Shown: in pieces, positions 9,509 to 18,171 of the stretch
Layout: the number at the start of each line of letters is the position of its first letter
Position numbering within the stretch: the stretch's first letter is position 1
NCBI GenBank assembly: GCA_026390585.1
Contig: JAPLFP010000358.1
Span: 17,659-81,658, forward strand
Direction of reading: 5' to 3'
Source of the DNA: Ignavibacteriales bacterium
Lineage (GTDB): Bacteria; Bacteroidota; Ignavibacteria; UBA10030
DNA length: 64,000 bases
Made by a program: the position numbers and the translations under genes
The notes under the pieces: model-generated
What the model was told of the DNA's origin: nothing
Seen by the model: the letters and a program-made list of their open reading frames with translations, nothing else
Databases searched by the model: none

Positions 9509-10738
9509 TCAATGCTGGAAGGAAACAGCTCGCTCAGACTCACCGGAGGTGTAATGAGGCACCATTGATTCGAGAAGCATAGCTCGTTTTGGCGTAGGAG
9601 GATGAGTCGCGACGATGTCTGCAAACCATCCTTCTTTTGAGTTGGCGCTTCCATTAAACGGATCAATAATACACAGGTGGGCAACGTTGCCCCGGATCAT
9701 CACAGACGATCCGACACCTTGTTCAATTTTCGCAAGCGCCGTTGCAAGTGCACGAGGGTTGCGCGTTAGCTGGGCAGCTGATGCATCCGCGACATATTCT
9801 CGATGACGGAAGGTAAGGATGACGAGGGCAGCTCTGGCAACCGGAACGAACAGGAGCGATGCGAACCAAAATGCGAGCAAGAGGATTCTCTTCACTCCGC
9901 TGGCTCTTGGAATTGCTAGGTTTTCAACTCCGGAGGAAAGCAAAATGGCAGAGCCAAAGAGCGCTGTGACTGCAGTTCTAGGCCGAATATCGTAGTTCCT
10001 GATGTGACTCATTTCATGAGAAAGAACACCATTGAGTTCTTCGGGACTCAATGTCTCGAGGAGCCCCTCGGACACTACCAGGGAAGCGTGCTTCGGACTT
10101 CTGCCGAGGGAAAAAGCGTTTGGGGCATTGTCGGGCACAATGTAAACGCTTGGAGCCGAAATGCCAGCAGCCTTGCTGATTTCTTCCACGCTCTTCACGA
10201 GAAGTTGATCGCCCTCGGATGTTTGGTCGGGGAGAGCTGTCGTCAGTGAACGAAGAATCGAATATGCACCCCACTGAAGCGAGGAAAAGGCCGTGCCGAT
10301 GCCAAGGAGTGCGCCTGCAATGACACCGTACGGAGAGGTTTCGACAACAATCAGCAAGGTTTTAGGTTTTCCCCAGAAAGTCTGGCCGAGGAAGGACAGC
10401 TCCCACACAAGCACCACGAAGGTTATCCAGGCCATCCAAAGAAAGATCTTGTTTTTTTCGCGTTCAGATTCGCTTTTCGGATCAAGATCTGCGAAAAGCG
10501 AGTTTGCCGACCAACGGTCATTCAGTCCATTGACGAGATTGTACAGAAGGGATCCGACGTAGACGATCGCGACGGGGATTGTGACGAGCTGAACGCTTCT
10601 GAACTTCCCCATCAAAAAATCAAATCCATAACCAAAGAGAGCGAAGGAAAAGGCGAAACCGGCCATGACAAGGACTGTCAAGACTTTGTTTCTTCTCTTC
10701 GCTCCAGTCGCTTCTTGGGCTTCCAATATAAGGTTCAT
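9509..10738 (-). CDS. M48 family zinc metallopeptidase (HtpX/Ste24-like), membrane-embedded
   Basis: HExxH motif in LSHEMSHIRNYD, flanked by hydrophobic helices. ATGA start/stop overlap with the upstream URO-D-family gene at 10735..10738. Confidence 0.8.
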   Translation of the reverse strand: MNLILEAQEATGAKRRNKVLTVLVMAGFAFSFALFGYGFDFLMGKFRSVQLVTIPVAIVYVGSLLYNLVNGLNDRWSANSLFADLDPKSESEREKNKIFLWMAWITFVVLVWELSFLGQTFWGKPKTLLIVVETSPYGVIAGALLGIGTAFSSLQWGAYSILRSLTTALPDQTSEGDQLLVKSVEEISKAAGISAPSVYIVPDNAPNAFSLGRSPKHASLVVSEGLLETLSPEELNGVLSHEMSHIRNYDIRPRTAVTALFGSAILLSSGVENLAIPRASGVKRILLLAFWFASLLFVPVARAALVILTFRHREYVADASAAQLTRNPRALATALAKIEQGVGSSVMIRGNVAHLCIIDPFNGSANSKEGWFADIVATHPPTPKRAMLLESMVPHYTSGESERAVSFQH

Positions 10739-11847
10739 TGCGGCCTTCTGGACTGTGGAGACTCGAGTGCCCTTTTCCTCATCTGCGCCGCGCGGTCAAA
10801 AACCTCCTGCCTGCTTACCCCTGCCTCAGCAAGTAGGGCGAAAATATTCTGATCGGGTGTTTCCGGAGGAATGGTGTGCGATGCAGCGAGGATGTATCCG
10901 CCCCCGTCAGCGGTCATTCCCTGAAGAAGTCGAGCTGTTGATTCTCGTACCTCTTCAACGGTGCCATTGGGCAGCAAGTCGACAGTATCAACGCCGCCCA
11001 TGAAGGTGAGATCTCGGCCAAAATCCTTCTTTAGCTCCAGCGGATCCATACCAGGACAATTGCATTGAATCGGATTCAGAATGTCGACCCCCATCTCTAT
11101 CAGATCCGGGATAATAGGCCTCAAAGCACCGCAACAATGATGAGCATGCCAAAGGCCCGCAGACTTACTTACATCGAACACCCTCTGTAACTGAGGCTTA
11201 ATCTGCTCCCGCCACATCGCGGGACTCATCATCAACGCATACTGTCCGGCGACGTCATCGCCCGTCCAGAGCCAATCAAGCGGGAACCGACTGCACGCTT
11301 GACTGGCGAGCTGAATTGAGAAATCAGCGCATCGCTTGAACATTTCACACGCGAGGTCTGGCTCTAGGGTCATATCGGTCAGCACGTTGCCCATCCCGCG
11401 CAGGCGGAAATACATCTCATAGACGCATGGTGAGACATCGCATCCAATGAACCATTCTTCCGCATGATGGAGAAGGGGGGACATCTGACTGAGCAGTTCT
11501 TCTTGATGCTCAACCGGAAAATGGTACGCAAGAACTTCCTCTCCCGTTGCCTGCTCCAGTGGAAATGCTGCAATCTGATTGAACGCATCCACTTTCTTCC
11601 AGCGAATTCCCCAGAAGTCTGTATGTCCATCCCCTTCGTGCTGGTGGACGATTCCCTCCATAGCGTAGTTGTTGTTGACCCACGTCTGTCGGACATCGTT
11701 TCCCATTGCCTCTCCAACAAAGGCGGGAGAAATCTCAAGCAACCGAGAAAGACGCTCTGTGGTTTCAGGGTGAAACCACATGAATATGGGAACGCGGTCG
11801 ACTGGTTTGCGTTCAAGTGCTGCGTGGACACGTTCTTTTGATGTCAT
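10735..11847 (-). CDS. uroporphyrinogen decarboxylase (URO-D) family protein, function unknown
   Basis: 370 aa. MTSKERVHAALERKPVDRVPI start and C-terminal GGYILAASHTIPPETPDQN are typical of URO-D/MtaA-like TIM-barrel proteins. Confidence 0.75.
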   Translation of the reverse strand: MTSKERVHAALERKPVDRVPIFMWFHPETTERLSRLLEISPAFVGEAMGNDVRQTWVNNNYAMEGIVHQHEGDGHTDFWGIRWKKVDAFNQIAAFPLEQATGEEVLAYHFPVEHQEELLSQMSPLLHHAEEWFIGCDVSPCVYEMYFRLRGMGNVLTDMTLEPDLACEMFKRCADFSIQLASQACSRFPLDWLWTGDDVAGQYALMMSPAMWREQIKPQLQRVFDVSKSAGLWHAHHCCGALRPIIPDLIEMGVDILNPIQCNCPGMDPLELKKDFGRDLTFMGGVDTVDLLPNGTVEEVRESTARLLQGMTADGGGYILAASHTIPPETPDQNIFALLAEAGVSRQEVFDRAAQMRKRALESPQSRRPQ

Positions 11848-11855
11848 AACGTCCC

Positions 11856-12008
11856 TATGAAATTCTAAATCCTAAATCTCAAAGAAACTCAAAACTGCAA
11901 ATTCAAAACCAAAATCTTCTTTGAGGTTTCTTGTTGAGAGTTTTGAGCTTGTTTCGGATTTCGAATTTGCCTGTTTGGGGTTTCGAAATTCGGATTTCGT
12001 GTTTGGCC
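11856..12008. repeat. heptad-periodic A-tract / T-tract intergenic element (copy 1)
   Basis: G-poor half with AAA about every 7 nt (tctaaat cctaaat ctcaaag aaactca aaactgc aaattca aaaccaa). C-poor half with TTT about every 7 nt (gtttcgg atttcga atttgcc tgtttgg ggtttcg aaattcg gatttcg tgtttgg). Shares 13-mers with 22233..22258. Confidence 0.8.
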
Positions 12009-12015
12009 CGTACCC

Positions 12016-13038
12016 TCAGAAGCTTCTCGCGGTATGAATCATCGCCCGCAGATTCTCCGGCGGCGTCATCGGCGGGATGGCGCAACCCGCGTTGAGAACA
12101 AACCGGGGCTGATCCATAAACACAGTGAGGAGTTCGCGCGTTTTCTCTTCAACAAGTGCTGGAGTTCCAAGTGCAAGAACACCGCTTGGGTCAATGTTGC
12201 CAACGAAGACCGCGCGGTCTTTCATCTTGTCGCGGGCGAGCGCCGCATCGGTCCGGTAATCCAGCTCGAGGCCGTCGGAGCCGGTTTCGAGCATCTCGTC
12301 GATGATACGGCTCGTGTTGCCACAGATATGAAGGACGTACGGCAACCGGAGTTCATGAGAACACTGAACGATCTTCTGCTCGTACGGAAGCGCAAACGTA
12401 CTATACATCGCAGGAGATATCAACTCCGGTCCGGCCGTGCTGTCCCCGTTGGATGTCATGTGGGCACCCGTCTCTGACATGAGGCGGACAAACTGAAGTG
12501 TCATCGAGGTGGAGTATTCAAGAAGTCGATGGACGAGTTCGTGCTGGCTTTCGTCTGCGAGGTCGAGCATCCACGGTTCCATCCCGCGAATCAAACTCGC
12601 TAGAGTAAATGGAGACTGATCACAGTTGCCGCGGATCAGAATTTCATTGCCAAAGTGCCTGCAAAGAATAGAGGTTGCCTCCAGCCAAACCTGAACGCCG
12701 CGATACTGGCGAATATCCACAGGCTCGAGGTCGCGCACTTCTTCTAGTGTCTGCAGACGAGGACCGATAGCGACTGAGGGTTGGTCAACGGGGGAGTCGA
12801 TTGGAACACCGGCCGCGCCGGCCAATGTTACGGTATCGACATCAATCATGATCCCGTCATATTCGTAATTCTCTACCGCTTCGATAAATGCGCGGGCGAT
12901 TTCCTGTGGATCGGAACGAAACGCCTCCATGGTGAGGCCGGCTTCACGCGCCGCCATCATGAAGTTGTGAAGCATGATCGGGACAGTATCGGGATGCTTG
13001 CCTTGGAAGGCCGCCATAATCCGCTGGTAACCGTTCAT
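12016..13038 (-). CDS. URO-D family protein (MtaA/CmuA-like methyltransferase fold), function unknown
   Basis: Start placed at ATG 13038 (MNGYQRIMAAFQGKHPDTVPIMLHNF), which forms an ATGA overlap with the permease stop (13035..13038). LHICGNT, GNIDPSG and NAGCAIPPMTPPENL motifs typical of the family. Confidence 0.8.
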   Translation of the reverse strand: MNGYQRIMAAFQGKHPDTVPIMLHNFMMAAREAGLTMEAFRSDPQEIARAFIEAVENYEYDGIMIDVDTVTLAGAAGVPIDSPVDQPSVAIGPRLQTLEEVRDLEPVDIRQYRGVQVWLEATSILCRHFGNEILIRGNCDQSPFTLASLIRGMEPWMLDLADESQHELVHRLLEYSTSMTLQFVRLMSETGAHMTSNGDSTAGPELISPAMYSTFALPYEQKIVQCSHELRLPYVLHICGNTSRIIDEMLETGSDGLELDYRTDAALARDKMKDRAVFVGNIDPSGVLALGTPALVEEKTRELLTVFMDQPRFVLNAGCAIPPMTPPENLRAMIHTARSF

Positions 13039-14015
13039 CGCCGCGTCCTTTCCTTTTGGAGAAGGTTGAGGAGAACAGCGACAAGAATGATCACACCACG
13101 CACAACGTGCTGCCAATATTCGCTGACGTTCAGGAGTGTCATACCATTCATGAGAACGCCAAGGAACACAACACCGACCATCGTTCCCCAGATTCGTCCT
13201 ACGCCCCCCATGAGGCTTGTTCCACCGATGATGACGGCAGCAATAACATCAAGCTCCCAGCCCTTTGCCGTGGTAGCGGTTCCGGACATAATTTCGGAAG
13301 AAACCATGATTCCGCTCAGGGCTGCAAGGAACGCGGTGATGCCGAGGACCATCATTTTCACGCGGCTGACGTTAATGCCGCTGAGTCTCGCGGCCTCGGC
13401 GTTTCCGCCCACGGCATACACCGATCGTCCAAAGGCCGTATAGTTCATCAGGAACTGGAGAATGATGAACGTCAGTAAGAACAAAAGGGCGGGAAAGGGA
13501 ATCCCGAAAATATATCCACCGCCGATGAAATTGTACCAGCCTGGAAACGGCGTGAGGGGGAAACCATTCGTGATCAACTCAGCGGCACCGGAAAGTCCGG
13601 TCATTAGTGCGAGCGTCGAGATAAAACTCGGTACCTGGTAGCGTGTCCGCATAAAACCGGTAAACACGCCAAGAAAAAAACCGATAATCAGTGCAAAAAC
13701 AATCGCGATAGCGATCGCCAGCATGATTGGCAGGGAGGCCCATTCTGCAGAGAGTTTTTGCGTGACAAACGCCGTCAGACACGCGGAGAACGCGACCGCA
13801 GAACCTACACTGAGATCAATCTCTCCCGAAATGATAACCATCGTCATCCCAAAAGCGATAACCCCCTGCATCGACACATTGCGGAGGACGTTGAGAAGGT
13901 TTTCGGCCGTCAGAAATCCCGACGCTGTCACCGCCAACACAACACACAGCAGGACGAGAATAATTTCGAGGATCCCGTTGGTGAATAACGATTGAATTTT
14001 TGGATTGACGTTCAT
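13035..14015 (-). CDS. sugar ABC transporter permease (RbsC/AraH-type)
   Basis: 326 aa, about 9-10 hydrophobic helices. GEIDLSVGS and GGTSLMGGVG motifs of the ribose/monosaccharide permease family. ATGA overlap with the ATPase gene at 14012..14015. Confidence 0.9.
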   Translation of the reverse strand: MNVNPKIQSLFTNGILEIILVLLCVVLAVTASGFLTAENLLNVLRNVSMQGVIAFGMTMVIISGEIDLSVGSAVAFSACLTAFVTQKLSAEWASLPIMLAIAIAIVFALIIGFFLGVFTGFMRTRYQVPSFISTLALMTGLSGAAELITNGFPLTPFPGWYNFIGGGYIFGIPFPALLFLLTFIILQFLMNYTAFGRSVYAVGGNAEAARLSGINVSRVKMMVLGITAFLAALSGIMVSSEIMSGTATTAKGWELDVIAAVIIGGTSLMGGVGRIWGTMVGVVFLGVLMNGMTLLNVSEYWQHVVRGVIILVAVLLNLLQKERTRR

Positions 14016-15520
14016 GCTTCCTCTTCCATACAGGCGGCAAACAAGTTCTCGAGTGAGAGTTCCGATGGCCGAACATCACTCACGATGCGACCCGCGCGCA
14101 TGATTAGAATGCGGTGACAAATGTCCAGCAGTTCTTCCAGTTCGCTTGACACTACGACGCAGCTGATTCCGCGTTTGCTCATATCCCAGATGATCTGAAA
14201 CATCTGCTGCTTCGCCTGCACATCGATGCCTCGGGTTGGTTCATCGAGAAGAACGAGGCGGGGATTTGTGTTGAGCCATTTTCCAATGACAACCTTTTGC
14301 TGGTTTCCGCCGCTGAGAAATGCGACCGGCGCGTCTGTCCTGTTTACCTTGATATCAAGTTCCCGGATATTTTTTTCGACCAGACGCTCTTCGCGTCCAC
14401 GCGTCAAGAACCCGTGAGATGCAATACGATTGAAACTGGACATGCACAGATTGATGCGCGTGCTGAGGATCTGCACTAACCCTTGGTCTTTCCGGTTCTC
14501 CGGCGTCATGGCAACACCGAGTTCCTTCATCTGCTCAGGGCTTGTCGGTCGGACATGTTGTCCGGCGATGATCAGCTCACCGGAATCCGGGGGATCGGCC
14601 CCAAACATCGCCCTCAGGAGTTCTGTCCTGCCCGAGCCAAGCAGGCCGGCGATACCGAGAACCTCCCCTTTACTGATAGTGAAATTCACATCCTGGAAAG
14701 CCCCGGTTCTGCTCAAGGATCGGACTTCAATGAATGCCTCTCTCGGAACAGTCAAATCAGCAGGTTTGGAGCGTTGAACAACTTCTCCGAACATCATTTG
14801 AACAATTGCCGCTGGCGTTGCTTGATCTATGCCGATGGTTCCAACAAGTGCCCCGTTGCGGAGAACTGTCACTGTATCTGCGATTTCGTGAAGTTCTTGA
14901 AGCCGGTGTGTAATATAGAGGAGAACAACGCCACGCGTTTTGAGTCTCTTCAGAACATCAAAGAGGCATTCGGTCTCATGCTGAGCGAGGGCGGAAGTCG
15001 GTTCATCCAGGATGAGGATTGAAGGATCGTACGACATCGCCTTAGCAATCTCGACGACCTGCTGTTGTGCGATGCCCAACGTGCTTGCTTTCTCTCGTAC
15101 ATCGAGGTGAATACCAAGATCGGCAAGGATGTGCTCGGCGCGGGCAAAGACACGGCGCCAATCAATCACCGAGTTCCCGAGTCCGTTCTTTTTCGGCAGT
15201 CGGCCAAGGAGTATGTTCTCGGCAACCGTAAGTTCGGGGACAAGACTAAGTTCCTGATGAACGGCCACGATGCCGCGTTTGAGAGCATCGCGCGGTGAAA
15301 AGAGGGAAACTTCAAGACCATCAACAAGAATGGATCCGCGGGTGGGTTGTGTTGCTCCAGCAATGATCTTGACGAGTGTACTTTTGCCAGCCCCATTCTT
15401 CCCAATCAGGGCGTGAATCTTACCGCCGAGAAAGGAAACACTTACATCATCAAGAGCAACCGTACCGGGATACTCTTTGCGCAGGGAGCGTGTTTGCAGA
15501 CTGTGGGCCGGGATGCTCAT
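14012..15520 (-). CDS. sugar ABC transporter ATP-binding protein, duplicated ATPase (RbsA-type)
   Basis: 502 aa. Walker A GKNGAGKST, signature LSGGNQQK, Walker B LLDEPT / ILDEPT; two nucleotide-binding domains. Confidence 0.9.
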   Translation of the reverse strand: MSIPAHSLQTRSLRKEYPGTVALDDVSVSFLGGKIHALIGKNGAGKSTLVKIIAGATQPTRGSILVDGLEVSLFSPRDALKRGIVAVHQELSLVPELTVAENILLGRLPKKNGLGNSVIDWRRVFARAEHILADLGIHLDVREKASTLGIAQQQVVEIAKAMSYDPSILILDEPTSALAQHETECLFDVLKRLKTRGVVLLYITHRLQELHEIADTVTVLRNGALVGTIGIDQATPAAIVQMMFGEVVQRSKPADLTVPREAFIEVRSLSRTGAFQDVNFTISKGEVLGIAGLLGSGRTELLRAMFGADPPDSGELIIAGQHVRPTSPEQMKELGVAMTPENRKDQGLVQILSTRINLCMSSFNRIASHGFLTRGREERLVEKNIRELDIKVNRTDAPVAFLSGGNQQKVVIGKWLNTNPRLVLLDEPTRGIDVQAKQQMFQIIWDMSKRGISCVVVSSELEELLDICHRILIMRAGRIVSDVRPSELSLENLFAACMEEEA

Positions 15521-15536
15521 GCAGGAGGCAGCAGGG

Positions 15537-16511
15537 CTATTTGCTCAGTTCTTTGAGGCGTTCTTTGAATTGCCTGATCTCATCTGGCTTTTCCCTCGTC
15601 AGAAGAAATCCGGGCAAGGACACCTTCTTCTCAACTTTTTCGCCTTTCAGGACCTTGACCGCCGCTTCCACAGCCATCGATCCGATTTCAAATGGCCGCT
15701 GACCGGTGATTGCATGGAGGATGTTTGAATCATCGAGCAGGAAATCAGCAAGTTGCTCGCTCGTGTCGGTGCCGAAGACGGCAACCTTCCCTGCCTTGCC
15801 GGAGTTCTTGACCGCCATGACGGCTCCCACGGTTCCACCTTCATTGGCTGCGTATACGATATTCACGCCAGGATTGGCGGTCAGGACATCGCCCACTTTC
15901 TTAACGGCTTGTTCGGCGAGCCATGCGTCCTGCTCTGAGACGATCGTAACGCCCGGCAGTTTGGTAACCTCACTCTTAAAACCATTCGTCCGCATTGAAC
16001 TCTGTTCCGGCAGCTGAGATTGAAATGCGATAATAGCTACTTTGGCTTTTCCGCCGAACTTGCTTTCGATGTACGCTCGGGCTGCTCGTCCGGTCGATGC
16101 GCCAATATCGAACTGATCGCTCTCAATCGACGCTGCAGCGAGATCGCTCTCGAGCGTCATGTTGTGAGTGACAATTGTGATTCCCTTTTGCCGCGCGCGT
16201 TCGAGAGCACTGATGGAGGATTTCGCGCTCAACGGCGCGATAGCGATTGCATCAACGTTGTTCGCAATGTAGGTGTTGATCAGCTGGTCTTCTTTATCGG
16301 GTTTGTTGGCACTGTTGGCTTCCAGCAGTTCGACACCATTCTTCTTTGCCGCATCGCGCATTCCGAAGAGAACAAGCCGGAAAAACTGATCTTCCTGAAA
16401 AACAATTCCCGCGATCCGCTTTTTCGCGGGCTCTTTTTGTTTGGTGCTGCAACCGTTTGGGATAAGACCAACCACAAGGAGAAGTGCCAGGAGTAAGGTT
16501 TTTCGAACCAT
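15537..16511 (-). CDS. sugar ABC transporter substrate-binding lipoprotein (RbsB-type), paralog 1
   Basis: Start at ATG 16511 (MVRKTLLLALLLVVGLIPNGCSTKQ, Cys after a signal-like helix). Periplasmic-binding-protein type I pattern (IAGIVFQ...NNVDAIAIAP...VAVFGTD). By eye about 70 percent identical to 16582..17556. Confidence 0.85.
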   Translation of the reverse strand: MVRKTLLLALLLVVGLIPNGCSTKQKEPAKKRIAGIVFQEDQFFRLVLFGMRDAAKKNGVELLEANSANKPDKEDQLINTYIANNVDAIAIAPLSAKSSISALERARQKGITIVTHNMTLESDLAAASIESDQFDIGASTGRAARAYIESKFGGKAKVAIIAFQSQLPEQSSMRTNGFKSEVTKLPGVTIVSEQDAWLAEQAVKKVGDVLTANPGVNIVYAANEGGTVGAVMAVKNSGKAGKVAVFGTDTSEQLADFLLDDSNILHAITGQRPFEIGSMAVEAAVKVLKGEKVEKKVSLPGFLLTREKPDEIRQFKERLKELSK

Positions 16512-16581
16512 GTCAGTGCTCTCTGTAATGACGGTGTGTCGGAATGACAAGTTCTGGTGCGTTGTTCGTGCGTAACCGGGG

Positions 16582-17556
16582 CTACTGCGTCAGTTGTTTC
16601 AGATGCTCTTTGAATTGCTTCACTTCCTCGGGTTTTTCCCGCGAGAGCAGGACCCCCGAAAGCGATACTTTCTTTTCAACCTGCTGTCCCTTCAAGACGT
16701 TGATTGCGGCTTCTACAGCCTTGAAGCCTAAATCAAATGGCCTCTGACCCGTAACAGCTTGAAGAACATGATCATCGTCGAGAAGGAAGTTCGAAAGCTG
16801 CTCGCTGTTGTCCGTGCCAAATACGGCGACTTTACCGGCCTTGCCGGCATTCTTTACGGCCATGACAGCTCCGACCGTTCCGCCCTCATTCGCCGCCCAG
16901 ATGATGTCGACATGGGGGTTGGCCGTCAAGATATCCCCAACCTTCTTCACAGCCTGTTCGGCAAGCCAGGCATCCTGATCAGCCACAATCTTGACCCCGG
17001 GGAGTTTTGTGATCTCATTTTGGAAACCGCCAATCCGCATGTTGGCCTGTTCTGGTATCTGTGACCGCCCCGAGATAATTGCAACCTGGGCTTTGCCTCC
17101 AAGCTTGCTCTCAACGTACTCACGTGCGGCACGCCCGGTTGATGCCCCCAGGTCCGACTGATCGCTCTCGACAAAGGATGCCGGGGCGTCGCCCTCCACG
17201 GTGGTGTTGTACGTTACAATAACGATTCCCTTTTCATGTGCTCGCGTCAAAGCGCTTAACGATGCCTTCGCACTCAGCGGAGATATCACGATCGCGTCGA
17301 CATTGTTCGCGATGTAGGTGTTGATCAGCTGAACTTCTTTGTCCGGCTTGCCGTCGCTGTTCGCTTCAAGCAGTTCCACACCGTTTTTTGTGGCAGCATC
17401 CCGCATACCAAAGAGGATCAACCGAAAGAACTGGTCTTCCTGGAAGACAATTCCTGCAATTCGCTTTTTGGGTTGTTCCTTCTGCTTTGTGCTGCAACCA
17501 ACGAGCAACGCCAGGATGGCAAAGAGGAGAAAAGAGAAAACGATTTTCGCGCGCAT
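16582..17556 (-). CDS. sugar ABC transporter substrate-binding lipoprotein (RbsB-type), paralog 2
   Basis: MRAKIVFSFLLFAILALLVGCSTKQ has lipobox LVGC. Collinear with paralog 1 over its full length. Confidence 0.85.
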   Translation of the reverse strand: MRAKIVFSFLLFAILALLVGCSTKQKEQPKKRIAGIVFQEDQFFRLILFGMRDAATKNGVELLEANSDGKPDKEVQLINTYIANNVDAIVISPLSAKASLSALTRAHEKGIVIVTYNTTVEGDAPASFVESDQSDLGASTGRAAREYVESKLGGKAQVAIISGRSQIPEQANMRIGGFQNEITKLPGVKIVADQDAWLAEQAVKKVGDILTANPHVDIIWAANEGGTVGAVMAVKNAGKAGKVAVFGTDNSEQLSNFLLDDDHVLQAVTGQRPFDLGFKAVEAAINVLKGQQVEKKVSLSGVLLSREKPEEVKQFKEHLKQLTQ

Positions 17557-17609
17557 CGGGAAGCTCTTTCAGAGTTCTTCAGTCAGATGGAATGGGTCGT
17601 TGCTCGGGC

Positions 17610-18113
17610 TTACAAAGAATCGCGTGATTCGATCTCAGTCCATGCTCCGCCTTTTGTTCGCTGCAGACCATTCGGCTTCAAACCGTACGGTTGCGGCAGT
17701 GCGGCATTTGAGAAATTCATGAACTCAAGCCGGTACGGAACGATCTTGATTAAGACATACTCACTGTTCTCCGGCCCGCCGGGATACATGTCGGTCCAGT
17801 ACGCTCTCCAGTATTTCCGTTTCAATGCGGCGGTGTTCTCGAGAGCCGCAGTACCAACGAGCGTGACGTACGCCGTACTGCGGGGGTTGAGAAACGAGAG
17901 CGTCACATTGTTCTGCTTGAGAATTTCTCGGGCCTTCCGTGAATTCGGACTGGCGCCAAGATACACGTTGAATTCTGCGTCAGGCTCGAATGGGTGCATC
18001 AGCCGCGCATTGATCTCTCCGGAATCTCCATGCGTCATAAAGAAACAATAGTCCGCCTCTTTCATGATAGCTCGCACGATCTCCAACATCTTTTCGGAGT
18101 GTTGAACGCTCAT
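17610..18113 (-). CDS. pyridoxamine 5'-phosphate oxidase-like (general stress protein 26 family) protein
   Basis: 167 aa. The pattern ...YCFFMTHGDSGEINARLMHP...VYLGASPNSRKAREI...VTLVGTA matches the split-barrel PNPOx-like family by eye. Confidence 0.65.
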   Translation of the reverse strand: MSVQHSEKMLEIVRAIMKEADYCFFMTHGDSGEINARLMHPFEPDAEFNVYLGASPNSRKAREILKQNNVTLSFLNPRSTAYVTLVGTAALENTAALKRKYWRAYWTDMYPGGPENSEYVLIKIVPYRLEFMNFSNAALPQPYGLKPNGLQRTKGGAWTEIESRDSL

Positions 18114-18171
18114 ATCCTCTGCCTTTCTTTATTGCGTAACGATTGGTAAGCAGTACGTTTTCTTCACAATT

